Assembly: GCA_963674825.1 (NCBI GenBank) | Contig: OY771587.1 | Span: 3,296,001-3,360,000 of the forward strand | Source: Candidatus Cloacimonadales bacterium | GTDB lineage: Bacteria > Cloacimonadota > Cloacimonadia > Cloacimonadales > JAIOQZ01 | Direction: 5' to 3' | Length of the DNA stretch: 64,000 nucleotides | Shown here: positions 20,151 to 29,383 of the stretch, in pieces | Numbering within the stretch: the first letter of the stretch is position 1 | Layout of the letters: each line of letters opens with the position of its first letter | Made by a program: the position numbers and the translations under genes | The notes under the pieces: generated by a model | What the model was told of the DNA's origin: nothing | Database searches by the model: none | The model's input: the letters and a program-made list of their open reading frames with translations, nothing else

Positions 20151-21314
20151 CTACTTTGTTTTGTACCGATAACCGTATTTTGCCCAATATATTGCTCCTG
20201 AATTTGCTGGAAACTCACGATACTTAAAGATATGAGTAAGCTTCCATAAGTGAATATCAGTCACCATATCGAACTCAGTCAGAATCAGATTCTCACGGTA
20301 TAGTGCGCCTATACCAATATAGTTAATTTGATCAGATCGATACCATTTCCCCATGTCAGCGACCACATAATGAACTTTGTTCTCGGCAGGAATATCAACA
20401 TTTTCATGGAAATCGCTATCAGCCTTCTGTGCTATAAACCAGAAGCCAGGGGGAATGTTTTTCCAGGGATCTTCACTATATAGCCTATCAAAATCATTGC
20501 GAAGCTCTTCTACTTCGGCATTGATATCATCTAGATTAATGAATGCCATATTTATCGTTGAAGCATCAACTCCCTGTTCAAGATAATCATCTTCATAAGC
20601 TCCCCATTCAGGTCCAATACCATCATCTTCATAATAATATGTCCCATCATTTCTGAGAACCGTTGTTGACCCATCTGGATCAATACAGTTTACGGGATTG
20701 TTTCGGCAATACAGGTATGGACTATGAAATTCCTGCACCGGATCGACCTGCTGCCATCGGCAGAGCTGCGGGTCGTAGTAGCGTGCGCCGTAGTGGTACC
20801 CATCGTCACTCAAAGGGTTCAGGAAGTAGTCATCCTCCAGCTCTTTGCCGCCACCGGTGAACTTGGTTTCGGGGTCGTCGTACACGCTACACAGGCCGGG
20901 CATTTTCATCCCGAACGGGTAGTAGTGATCTTCCTGTATGATATCAGGTCCGTTGGCTGCTGGTTTGAAGCTCACACGCGTATTCCCCAGGTAGTCTGAT
21001 ATGTCGTAAACAAACTCATATACTTTGTTGGTATCATCATACGTAATGCGCCCCTCGGATGTAAAGAGATATTTCAGAGCGCTGTCTTCGTACACGGCCT
21101 TTCCGTTGTAATACGTTGAACCGGTGAGGTCTCCCACTTTTATGTCGTAAAGCGCGTCGTTGTAAAGATTCTTCCGTAGCTTCGCGCCACCCCAGGCATA
21201 TTCGTACTCGATACGGTAGTCTTCGTAGGGAGTTTTTCTGAAGGTGATGAGCTTGGGGAGGTTAAGCTTGTTGTATTCGAGATCGATGCCCTTGTTCTCG
21301 TCGTGGATCATCAA
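20151..21314 (-). CDS. Orphan (5'-truncated) RHS repeat-associated core protein with C-terminal toxin domain
   Basis: DYLGNTRV, YYPFG, YHYGARYYDP.L.RW..VDP, PY.YCRNNPVNCIDPDG cleavage motif, then an AT-rich variable tip; begins mid-repeat. Confidence 0.88.
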   Translation of the reverse strand: MMIHDENKGIDLEYNKLNLPKLITFRKTPYEDYRIEYEYAWGGAKLRKNLYNDALYDIKVGDLTGSTYYNGKAVYEDSALKYLFTSEGRITYDDTNKVYEFVYDISDYLGNTRVSFKPAANGPDIIQEDHYYPFGMKMPGLCSVYDDPETKFTGGGKELEDDYFLNPLSDDGYHYGARYYDPQLCRWQQVDPVQEFHSPYLYCRNNPVNCIDPDGSTTVLRNDGTYYYEDDGIGPEWGAYEDDYLEQGVDASTINMAFINLDDINAEVEELRNDFDRLYSEDPWKNIPPGFWFIAQKADSDFHENVDIPAENKVHYVVADMGKWYRSDQINYIGIGALYRENLILTEFDMVTDIHLWKLTHIFKYREFPANSGAIYWAKYGYRYKTK

Positions 21315-21326
21315 TCTTCACAAAAT

Positions 21327-21510
21327 CTACATCATTATCTGTTTCAGATACTGGTTGATTATATTGATTTCGATATTCTCTGGATCAAATCCATCTCCAA
21401 ACCATTCGCGTAAGTCATCAAATCCTTCGTTCCGCTCATCAGACTTGAGTATCTCTTGGATTTGAGAATACTCAACCACGCCGCCGCAGTTTTAAGGTGA
21501 ACAAACTTGC
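21327..21510 (-). pseudogene. Remnant of a pRiA4b ORF-3 family gene (C-terminus only)
   Basis: Manual translation VCSP*NCGGVVEYSQIQEILKSDERNEGFDDLREWFGDGFDPENIEINIINQYL resembles the family C-terminal pattern CPPEDCGG..Y..L......EW.G..FDP..F....IN..L; internal TAA. Confidence 0.65.
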
Positions 21511-21537
21511 AAAGAAGCAGTTCCGTTGTATATACAG

Positions 21538-24500
21538 CTACTCCCCGACCTTTTTCTCCATTCCCTTTCGCACTCCCACGGTCGTTTGATCGGTTGACGT
21601 TACGTAGTACCAGTATGAGAGAGCTGTGGCTGCGGAGATATCGGTGAAGGATGTAGTGAAAACAGGCCCGGCGACAACGGAGAATGGGCCATCGGGATTA
21701 TCGGCGCGGTACACTAGGTAACTCGTCGCTCCAGGTACGGAATTCCAGGACAGAACGACATCGAAGCCGCTGATATGCAGTATTACGTCAGTCGGTGATT
21801 CAAGACTCGTCAGATCGCCTAAATCATGAGGATCGGTGCCGTATGCAATCGCGAGTCCGTCGTATAGTGGACCACGATCACCATGGAATGTATAACAAAT
21901 CCCTTGGGAGCCATCGCTGCTTTCGATACCGACAACGCACTCGTCCAGTACAATGTCCTCATCGAATGACAGATATTGCATCTTGATTTTACCTGTATCG
22001 TACAGGATAACCTGAGCCGTCAGATTTCCCGGACCTTCTCCGGGGTATTCATGATAGTGAATCATGGAAATGACAAAAATCTGATTCACTCCCGAGGTGG
22101 TAGTCTGGTAATAAACATGGGTATCATCATCAGGATTGTCTTCGGGATCCATGTCATCCCAGAACCAGGCAATCAGGTCGTTGGGATCGTTTGAGCTGGG
22201 CAGTATGCTGTTGTTGTAGTAGCTGGAGCCGATGGAGCCATCGAAACTCAACCACCCATTGGAGCTGAAGTAAATCTCGTTATAGGAATTCCCGAAATAG
22301 GGAAAAGCGAATCCGATAGAAATGGGCGTATCGACAAATTCGTCATCGTCGGGAATAGACATTTCCGTACCAGTCGCGCTGATGTCGATCCAGTTGAAAG
22401 TGGGATAACTGGCAGCGCCGACCGCGCCAAGGCTGCTGTTGGAGAAGTAGTAGTATCCAGAATCTTCTGTCCCTCCGCCATAGGAGTAGTTCACACCCGT
22501 TGCGGTCAGAGGATAACTATGAACAACGCGTCCCTGATCGTCGGTGATGTCGAGACTGGCGTTTTTTTCTCCTTCGGTCAGCGGTGTGCAAGATACGTCG
22601 ATCTGGAGTAGTTCGGTGGTCAAACTGACGGGAATCGACAGATTCATCGTGAAATCGAAATCCCCGGAGTCCTGGCCGCTGATGGACACGCCATTGATGC
22701 CGATCGCGCCTAATCCGTCATTGTGAACCGAGAACGAAACCGGAGTGCTGGTCACATGCAAATCCACAACTCCGAACGCCGCCTGATTCGGTGTACAAAC
22801 GTAGTTTGGCGATGCCGGTGCCGACTCGATACTGACATCATCCATATAGTAGTTATATTGCGCCTGGGGAGAGTCTCCGTGCCAGCCAATAAAATAGGGT
22901 CCTGAAGTTTCCGGGATAAAAATGCCCGAATTCTCTGTCCACACCGTTGTATTCTGGATGTAACTGGCCAGATGGTGAACTGTAGCATCTGGATCCTGGG
23001 CATCCATAATCCAGACATCCAGATGATGAGGCGTGTGATAGGTTGAATAATCCCGCCCCCACCAGGACACTCGATATCCCAAGCCTGCATCCAGCCAGAC
23101 AGGTTTGCTATACAGCCAGTCATCGATCGGGCTGAGTTCGTAAGGCCCTCTCAACCAGGCGACCATCGTACCGGAATGCGCGTTAACGCTGAGGCTATTC
23201 GAAGACCAAGTTTTACCGTCAGCGTTCACGTCATCGACAATCCAACCGTTGGGAAGATCGGGAGCGATAAGGGCGTCAAAGTTTTCGAGGTAGGGTACGG
23301 TAGCCGGTGGGAGTGCAGTACCAGATAGAGGATATGTATGAGGCGTTCTAAGTATGGTGTCGGATATCTCCAGGCTGACAGTCTTCGCACCTTCGGAATG
23401 CGGTTGGAACCAGACTTCGATATCCAGATAACCGGTTTCGGGGATTGATGTCGGTAACGTCTGGTCATAAGCCAGTTTGAAATCCACTGTGTCGGCTCCT
23501 GCAAGATGGATGTTGTCGATGTCCAGGCTACCGCTTCCGGCATTTACGATACGAAAAAGCGATGGATCGGAAGATTGCCCTACAAACCACGGCCCGAAGT
23601 CATCGATTCCTACTTCACATGAATACATGGGTACGGTCGGTGTTTCCTCGATTGCGAAATCGTCGATTGCCATATCGCTGAGATTTCCCGGTACCAGGAA
23701 TCCCACAAATCGAATCCGCACAATACCCTGATACCCGTCAAGAGAAGCCAGACCGCGGTGCCACTGGTTACCCTGATCGCCACTCATGCCCCATACATCG
23801 GTCCAGACCGTGGATGCATATTCGTTGACCTGCACTGTCAACGATCCCATGTCTGCGCCATACATATGGTACCAGAAACTGATCCGTGGTATCGAGAGTG
23901 TGGATACGTCAATGTATGGACTAACAAGAATGGCATCTTCGTAGTTCGAACTTTCAGTCTCCGTGTACAAGTACTTTCCACCGCCGGTCATGTCATCCGA
24001 TGGTCCTGTATCTGGTGTTGGAGTGGAGTATTGGTTTATAATCCAGTCTAGGTTGTCATCCGTCTCCTGCACCCATCCGTCGGAAACGATTGTTCCAGGG
24101 GGCCAGGTATCGAAATTCTGGCTGTAGGGCGCTAGCTCGTGAGGAGCATAGACCGCGTTTCCTATCAGAGGAACAGTATGCACGGCTCGTATCATCGTAT
24201 CGTTTCTGTGTGCTGTGCGAGTCAGGTAGCCTGCATTATTCGGAGTTCGGGTCATGTTATCGGCAATCTGTAAGGTAGCGGTTTTTTCTCCGAGACTTTG
24301 CGGTGCGAAGGTTACATGCAGCGTATCGGTTTGCCCGGTGTTCAGCTCGATAGGAAAGGTTATCGGCTCAAGGGTATAATTACCCTCCGGATCATCGACA
24401 ATGGATATAGAACCTTCGTTGATGGTGAGGGTTCCTCCACCTATATTGGTGATGATGAAGTCCTGCGACTCGGTATCGATTGAGGGGACATCACCAAAGT

Positions 24501-27500
24501 CGTACTGATTGGGAATCGCGGCGAACACAGGTACATCCGCAGTATATTCGAGGGAAATATTATCGAAAGCTCTTCCTCTTAGTGGCAGGAATGCCCACCC
24601 TACCCGGCCAAACCGGAGCTGAAACTCGTCGCTGAATTGTTGTCCCGCATCAGCAAGAGTCTGGCTGACATTCAGACCTGTCACTTCGATCCAAGTGAAA
24701 TCCACGGGAGTATCATCGATATTGATAATCTGTATCCAGTCATCGGAAGTCGAACCTCGAACCCAGACACCATCTCCATACCAGTCGTCTTCCGCGTTAT
24801 AGTGCCAGAAACTGAGACTCACCGTGCCTGTATCGGTACTGTAATTGCTCAGATTGAGGCTGGCAGTCAGATAGTTGGTCCCCGGATCTCTAGTCCCATT
24901 GCAATCCATAGCCGCACAGTGCATCCCATTTTGCGCTGCGAAATAGGGGCAGGCAAACTGGAGTCGTGCGAGGCCTTCATGGAAATATTCCCATACAGGC
25001 AAACCATTCAAGATCACTTCTGATTCTTCATACAATTGCTGTGGGCCAACAGATTCGAAATCCTCGGTCCAGGGAAGAATCAGGGCTGTGTCTGGCACGC
25101 GCAGGGTCGTGAACGAGAAGGTGTCAGTGCGAATCCACTGAGTGCCGTCGAGAGTGGTTTCCGCTTGCCAGTAGTATCTTGTCAGGGGAGCCAGACCAGG
25201 CGGATACCAGGGAATGGATACATTCGAATATAGTGGGTTATTCGCCAGGTCCGGATCCTCCCCAAACCGGATGTTGATCTGGTTTGGTGTTTCGGCCATA
25301 TCCCAGCTCAGTGAAGTGTCGAGTGGTTGCTCCGAACTTTTATCGGCAGGCAGGAGATTGGTGTAATAGGGTCCCGTGGAGAACTCCCACGCGTCTCCCA
25401 GCCGGAATAGAGGCGGATCGAGTGTAGTGTTCCAACCCACCACATACCACTGGTAGTTAGTCAGATAGTCCACATTACATACGTAAGCGCCGTTTCCGCC
25501 TGGCGTAGCAGAGCCACCTGCTACGACCTGAACCAGATTGCCTGGCTCACCCAACCAGAGATCATAAGCGTCCGTATCCGGGCCAAATACCCACTCAAGT
25601 GAACAATCTACATTCTGGTTGCCGGCCCCGAAGACGGGAGCGATGAGTTGAGGAATTCCGGGGGTTCCCGCCTGGTATTGAAGGAAGCGTACATTAGGTA
25701 CATCCTTTAACACATACATGTGTTGGGCTGGAACCTGGGGGTCGAGCGTTGGATTGATGCCGCCATCGCTTTGCCAGGAGCAAGACCTGTTTGAATTCGT
25801 ATGCGTCGAATTGATTTCGGGTGAGTATGAAAAAGCGCCAGGCTCGTTCCACATACACACGTCGACGACGACATTGTCGACACCGTTCCAAATGAAAGGC
25901 GTGGTGAAATTCACGCCTGCCCATCCCTGGGATACGTTGAAATAGACAGGACCGGAATTGAATACTTCGATCAACCCGTCTCTGAGAAAGTAGTTATAGT
26001 AGTCAGCATGATAGTATTCTGGATAACCGGTGTGGCCAAGTCGAACACAGTATTGATCCTCATCCAATGCTGGAGCATGAGTCCAGTCCCATTGTATCCC
26101 TTCAATTGGTTCTCCTGCCACCATTCCCGCCGCCGTCAACTCACTGGCGTAATAGGTGGTTTGAGTGCGTCGGTTCAACCAGTAACCATGTGCGATGCAG
26201 TAAAAATCGGTCGTACCGTCACCGATTTCGAAATAGCCGTCTGTGGGCATGCTGGCCGTTCTAAGCAGCCTGGTTTCGCTATAGCTGATACCAGCGTCGT
26301 TGATAGCGTAGGCCCGATAGTGATAATCGGTGTCCGGTGTCAAACCCGATATGTTTATCATGAAGGGACCGTTTCCGAAACATCCAGAATCTTCAGTGAT
26401 GTTGTCCGTGATATCAGGCAAGTCGTCATGACTGTAACAGAAACCCCGCGCGTAGCAATCGCCAACGCCAGTGTCGAAGACAACTCCGCTGATATCGGCT
26501 GAAATGGTCGTGATGTTTTCGGCTCCGGAGGCAGCTACAAGTGGGGTTAAAGTGAAAACCGAAGAACACCAGTTGGAGGTGGTCCCTGTCATTGCGAAAT
26601 TATTGAGCGTTCCTTTATAGTTACCCGCATAATCAATGAGTTCATTAGGCAGGCCAGTGTTATCCTGCCCTGCGTTACCCTGATCAAAGCGATAAAAGGC
26701 TACAAGGCCGGGCTCATCCCCGGTTAACAAGGTGTTCATGTTGTTTTGTATCTGAGTCGGAGTCCGGCTTACGTTCCAGACACGAACATCATCAATTTGA
26801 CCCCGGAAGAAATGACCACTGTAACTGGCGTCCCGACCGATACTTGTTTCCATATTGAATTCAACCATTGCATGAGGCACGTTATGAGATACACCATATC
26901 CGTTTAAAAACACCGTTGCTCCCTGAGGAGAAATGACCAGCGCAACATGGTTCCATTCATTGTCCGTTAGATAGAGCCCTGTGGGAAACCCCGAATTCTC
27001 ACTATCCCAGTCATATCTCAATTCGTTATCGCTTCGCAGGAATATTCCTGCAATTGCCGTATCTTGGTGATAATTTTCTGTTCGGGAAATGATAATGCCT
27101 GCATTGTCACTCTGGACTCCGTTGGGCTTGACCCAGGCTTCCATGGTTATCGTGTAGGATTCCAGGTTCAGGTCCGGAAGGCTGACGTAATCATTGCCAC
27201 CATCAAAATCCAGACAGTTACCGGAAGGAAACCCCGCCGTGGTATACTGTTGGGTTTCTCCATAACTGATACCACTGCCATTGACAGCATATGCCCGTGT
27301 ATAATAGGTCGTTCTGATGTCCAGACCATTTACCGTCAGAGTAAAGGGTCCGGTGCAAAAGCTGCCGTTTTCCTGAACGGTGTTGTCTCCGATAGTAGGA
27401 CAATCGCTTGTGCTGTAACAAACCCCACGTGTCGTAACGTCTTCGGAGCCGATACTGAAGATCTCGCCGCTGACCTGAGCGGAAAACGCTCCGATGTTTT

Positions 27501-28932
27501 CAACCTCGCTAGTGGTTAGAATGGGCGTAGTGGCCAAGCCGGTGAAACACCAGTTGGAGGTAGTGCCGTTCAATGCAAAGCCGTTCAGGGTTCCCTTATG
27601 ACTTCCGGCGTAATCGATGAGTTCGTTGGGCAGGCAGGCGTTATCCTGCCCGGCATCACCCTGGTCAAAACGATAACCGGCAATAAGACCGGGCTCGTCC
27701 CCATTTATCAGGGCGTTCATGTTGTCCTGAATTTGGGTTTGGCTTCGTGCGGTGTTCCAGAAGCGGACTTCGTCCATCCCCGCTCTGGCGAAATCCTGTA
27801 GCGAGCCGTTGAAATTCCGGCATCCGAGGTTAATCGGGTCGGAATTGGTATTCAACACCCCGTTCTGGGCGTCGGAATCCACAAGGTTTCCATTTACATA
27901 CAGATTCTGGAATGCACCATCATAGGTGAAGGCGATATACTGCCAGATACCGGCGGTCAAGTATGTTCCTGAAAAAACTCTCGCTGGGATGAAGGTATCA
28001 GCGGTCAGATAGACCCCATCAAGATACAGGCGGAATGTGGCCTCCGAGGCGACTTCGTTGTATTTCGTGATTAAAAACTGTAAGCCGGAATCCTGGGGTT
28101 TCAGCCAGAATGAGATGGTGAAGGTGTTAAAATTCAGATCGTCCATATGGTCGATTGAAATATAATCGTTGCCGCCATCAAATTCAAGGAAGTTACCGGA
28201 TGGCGAAATAAGCGGAGCGGTGGAGTCTGTCCAGGCATCGGGTAGTGTGAAGTTGTTCAAAGTTCCATCATTGTTGTGGATAGTAAGGTCCTCCAAAGTA
28301 GTTCCTCCGGATTGATCGAAACGGTAATAAGCGACCAGACCGGTTTCGTCAGCATCTATCGGATGTTGCATGTTCTGCTGGATTTGGGTCTGGCTACGGG
28401 CGATGTTCCAGATGCGGACTTCGTCGATCTGACCGTCAAAAAAGCCATAACCTTCAAGATGACCAATATATACCTGATCGGCGATATCACCGATGGAAAA
28501 GCTGCCAGACAGTCCAGAACCCACCTCCTGGCCGTTCAAGTAGATGCGTTGAGTGACGCCGTTATAAGTGGTTGCAAGGTGAATCCAAGTGTTTGTAGGC
28601 AGGATTTGTGTCGTTGGATTGTAGAAGTGGCGGGTTCCGTCCGTTTCCTCCAGTTCAAACCAGATTGTTCCATCGATACGGATCTGGATGCTGTATCCAC
28701 CGTTGGTTTCATAGCCTTTGGCGATGATGCCAGGGTAGCTCGTCAGGTTTTCCATCCTGATCCAGGCCTCGAGCGTAATCTCTGTGACGATGTCCACGGA
28801 AGGGCTATCGGGCATTGAAATGAAATCCTCGCTACCGTCGAAAGAGAGGCAGTTTCCTGCCTGGGCGAAAAGACTGGTAAGACTAAAAGTTACCATGATT
28901 AATAACAAGAAATTGCTTAGGTCTCGATTCAT
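21538..28932 (-). CDS. Giant secreted multidomain protein (2464 aa): 3x LamG, FN3-like, ASH/Ig-like, MAM-like and cleaved-adhesin-like domains
   Basis: Signal peptide; three IDEVRIWN-type LamG domains; FWYHMYGADMGSL MAM motif; repeated F.I.N.G.G.L.I...F.P...G.K.A.L.I Ig modules; AGGAG RBS. Confidence 0.85.
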   Translation of the reverse strand: MNRDLSNFLLLIMVTFSLTSLFAQAGNCLSFDGSEDFISMPDSPSVDIVTEITLEAWIRMENLTSYPGIIAKGYETNGGYSIQIRIDGTIWFELEETDGTRHFYNPTTQILPTNTWIHLATTYNGVTQRIYLNGQEVGSGLSGSFSIGDIADQVYIGHLEGYGFFDGQIDEVRIWNIARSQTQIQQNMQHPIDADETGLVAYYRFDQSGGTTLEDLTIHNNDGTLNNFTLPDAWTDSTAPLISPSGNFLEFDGGNDYISIDHMDDLNFNTFTISFWLKPQDSGLQFLITKYNEVASEATFRLYLDGVYLTADTFIPARVFSGTYLTAGIWQYIAFTYDGAFQNLYVNGNLVDSDAQNGVLNTNSDPINLGCRNFNGSLQDFARAGMDEVRFWNTARSQTQIQDNMNALINGDEPGLIAGYRFDQGDAGQDNACLPNELIDYAGSHKGTLNGFALNGTTSNWCFTGLATTPILTTSEVENIGAFSAQVSGEIFSIGSEDVTTRGVCYSTSDCPTIGDNTVQENGSFCTGPFTLTVNGLDIRTTYYTRAYAVNGSGISYGETQQYTTAGFPSGNCLDFDGGNDYVSLPDLNLESYTITMEAWVKPNGVQSDNAGIIISRTENYHQDTAIAGIFLRSDNELRYDWDSENSGFPTGLYLTDNEWNHVALVISPQGATVFLNGYGVSHNVPHAMVEFNMETSIGRDASYSGHFFRGQIDDVRVWNVSRTPTQIQNNMNTLLTGDEPGLVAFYRFDQGNAGQDNTGLPNELIDYAGNYKGTLNNFAMTGTTSNWCSSVFTLTPLVAASGAENITTISADISGVVFDTGVGDCYARGFCYSHDDLPDITDNITEDSGCFGNGPFMINISGLTPDTDYHYRAYAINDAGISYSETRLLRTASMPTDGYFEIGDGTTDFYCIAHGYWLNRRTQTTYYASELTAAGMVAGEPIEGIQWDWTHAPALDEDQYCVRLGHTGYPEYYHADYYNYFLRDGLIEVFNSGPVYFNVSQGWAGVNFTTPFIWNGVDNVVVDVCMWNEPGAFSYSPEINSTHTNSNRSCSWQSDGGINPTLDPQVPAQHMYVLKDVPNVRFLQYQAGTPGIPQLIAPVFGAGNQNVDCSLEWVFGPDTDAYDLWLGEPGNLVQVVAGGSATPGGNGAYVCNVDYLTNYQWYVVGWNTTLDPPLFRLGDAWEFSTGPYYTNLLPADKSSEQPLDTSLSWDMAETPNQINIRFGEDPDLANNPLYSNVSIPWYPPGLAPLTRYYWQAETTLDGTQWIRTDTFSFTTLRVPDTALILPWTEDFESVGPQQLYEESEVILNGLPVWEYFHEGLARLQFACPYFAAQNGMHCAAMDCNGTRDPGTNYLTASLNLSNYSTDTGTVSLSFWHYNAEDDWYGDGVWVRGSTSDDWIQIINIDDTPVDFTWIEVTGLNVSQTLADAGQQFSDEFQLRFGRVGWAFLPLRGRAFDNISLEYTADVPVFAAIPNQYDFGDVPSIDTESQDFIITNIGGGTLTINEGSISIVDDPEGNYTLEPITFPIELNTGQTDTLHVTFAPQSLGEKTATLQIADNMTRTPNNAGYLTRTAHRNDTMIRAVHTVPLIGNAVYAPHELAPYSQNFDTWPPGTIVSDGWVQETDDNLDWIINQYSTPTPDTGPSDDMTGGGKYLYTETESSNYEDAILVSPYIDVSTLSIPRISFWYHMYGADMGSLTVQVNEYASTVWTDVWGMSGDQGNQWHRGLASLDGYQGIVRIRFVGFLVPGNLSDMAIDDFAIEETPTVPMYSCEVGIDDFGPWFVGQSSDPSLFRIVNAGSGSLDIDNIHLAGADTVDFKLAYDQTLPTSIPETGYLDIEVWFQPHSEGAKTVSLEISDTILRTPHTYPLSGTALPPATVPYLENFDALIAPDLPNGWIVDDVNADGKTWSSNSLSVNAHSGTMVAWLRGPYELSPIDDWLYSKPVWLDAGLGYRVSWWGRDYSTYHTPHHLDVWIMDAQDPDATVHHLASYIQNTTVWTENSGIFIPETSGPYFIGWHGDSPQAQYNYYMDDVSIESAPASPNYVCTPNQAAFGVVDLHVTSTPVSFSVHNDGLGAIGINGVSISGQDSGDFDFTMNLSIPVSLTTELLQIDVSCTPLTEGEKNASLDITDDQGRVVHSYPLTATGVNYSYGGGTEDSGYYYFSNSSLGAVGAASYPTFNWIDISATGTEMSIPDDDEFVDTPISIGFAFPYFGNSYNEIYFSSNGWLSFDGSIGSSYYNNSILPSSNDPNDLIAWFWDDMDPEDNPDDDTHVYYQTTTSGVNQIFVISMIHYHEYPGEGPGNLTAQVILYDTGKIKMQYLSFDEDIVLDECVVGIESSDGSQGICYTFHGDRGPLYDGLAIAYGTDPHDLGDLTSLESPTDVILHISGFDVVLSWNSVPGATSYLVYRADNPDGPFSVVAGPVFTTSFTDISAATALSYWYYVTSTDQTTVGVRKGMEKKVGE

Positions 28933-29171
28933 CGAAGTCTCCTATGTTTTGCGTGTCTTATGTCTTCTTCTCTTGAGCTTATTGGTTCCGAAAGTTTCAC
29001 GAGTTTTTCGTGTTTTTCGTGTATCATTTGAATGACATGCACCCGAGTGGATTCCGTAAAATTCTCTACCACATTTTCGAAGCAACCATCTTCATACATC
29101 ACGGTAAATCCGATTGATTTATTTTCTGAGTTTTCATTCGTGAAAACAGCGCTTACGTTTTTGATCTTCAT
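28929..29171 (-). CDS. Small hypothetical protein (80 aa), translationally coupled to the giant gene
   Basis: GGAGGT RBS before ATG 29171; stop overlaps the next start as ATGA (28929-28932). Confidence 0.6.
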   Translation of the reverse strand: MKIKNVSAVFTNENSENKSIGFTVMYEDGCFENVVENFTESTRVHVIQMIHEKHEKLVKLSEPISSREEDIRHAKHRRLR

Positions 29172-29193
29172 TTTCACCTCCATCCCCGAACAT

Positions 29194-29209
29194 AGGAAAT
29201 TCGATGCCA
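29194..29209 (-). promoter_or_regulatory. Putative sigma54 promoter (non-canonical -12)
   Basis: TGGCATCGAATTTCCT vs consensus TGGCAC-N5-TTGCW; TTGCA-N4-TGCAA palindrome at 29319-29332; divergent from a sigma54 activator gene. Confidence 0.5.
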
Positions 29210-29383
29210 AAGCTCCATGCCGTCAGCCACGAAAAGCCATAATGTACTTATAAACAATAAATTAGACAATTTCTCTCTGCAATGCCGCGATTCGAGATTC
29301 CTTGAATACTAGCAAGAATTGCATTTTTGCAATTGACAGAATACAATTCATTTTTGCATCGTTCTTATACAAAGGAGGATGAA

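Noticed and set aside
19059..20990. Possible diversity-generating retroelement template/variable repeat pair
   Set aside because: Differences between the copies are mostly synonymous transitions of mixed type plus indels, not adenine-specific, and no reverse transcriptase is present in the window. Better explained as an RHS remnant.
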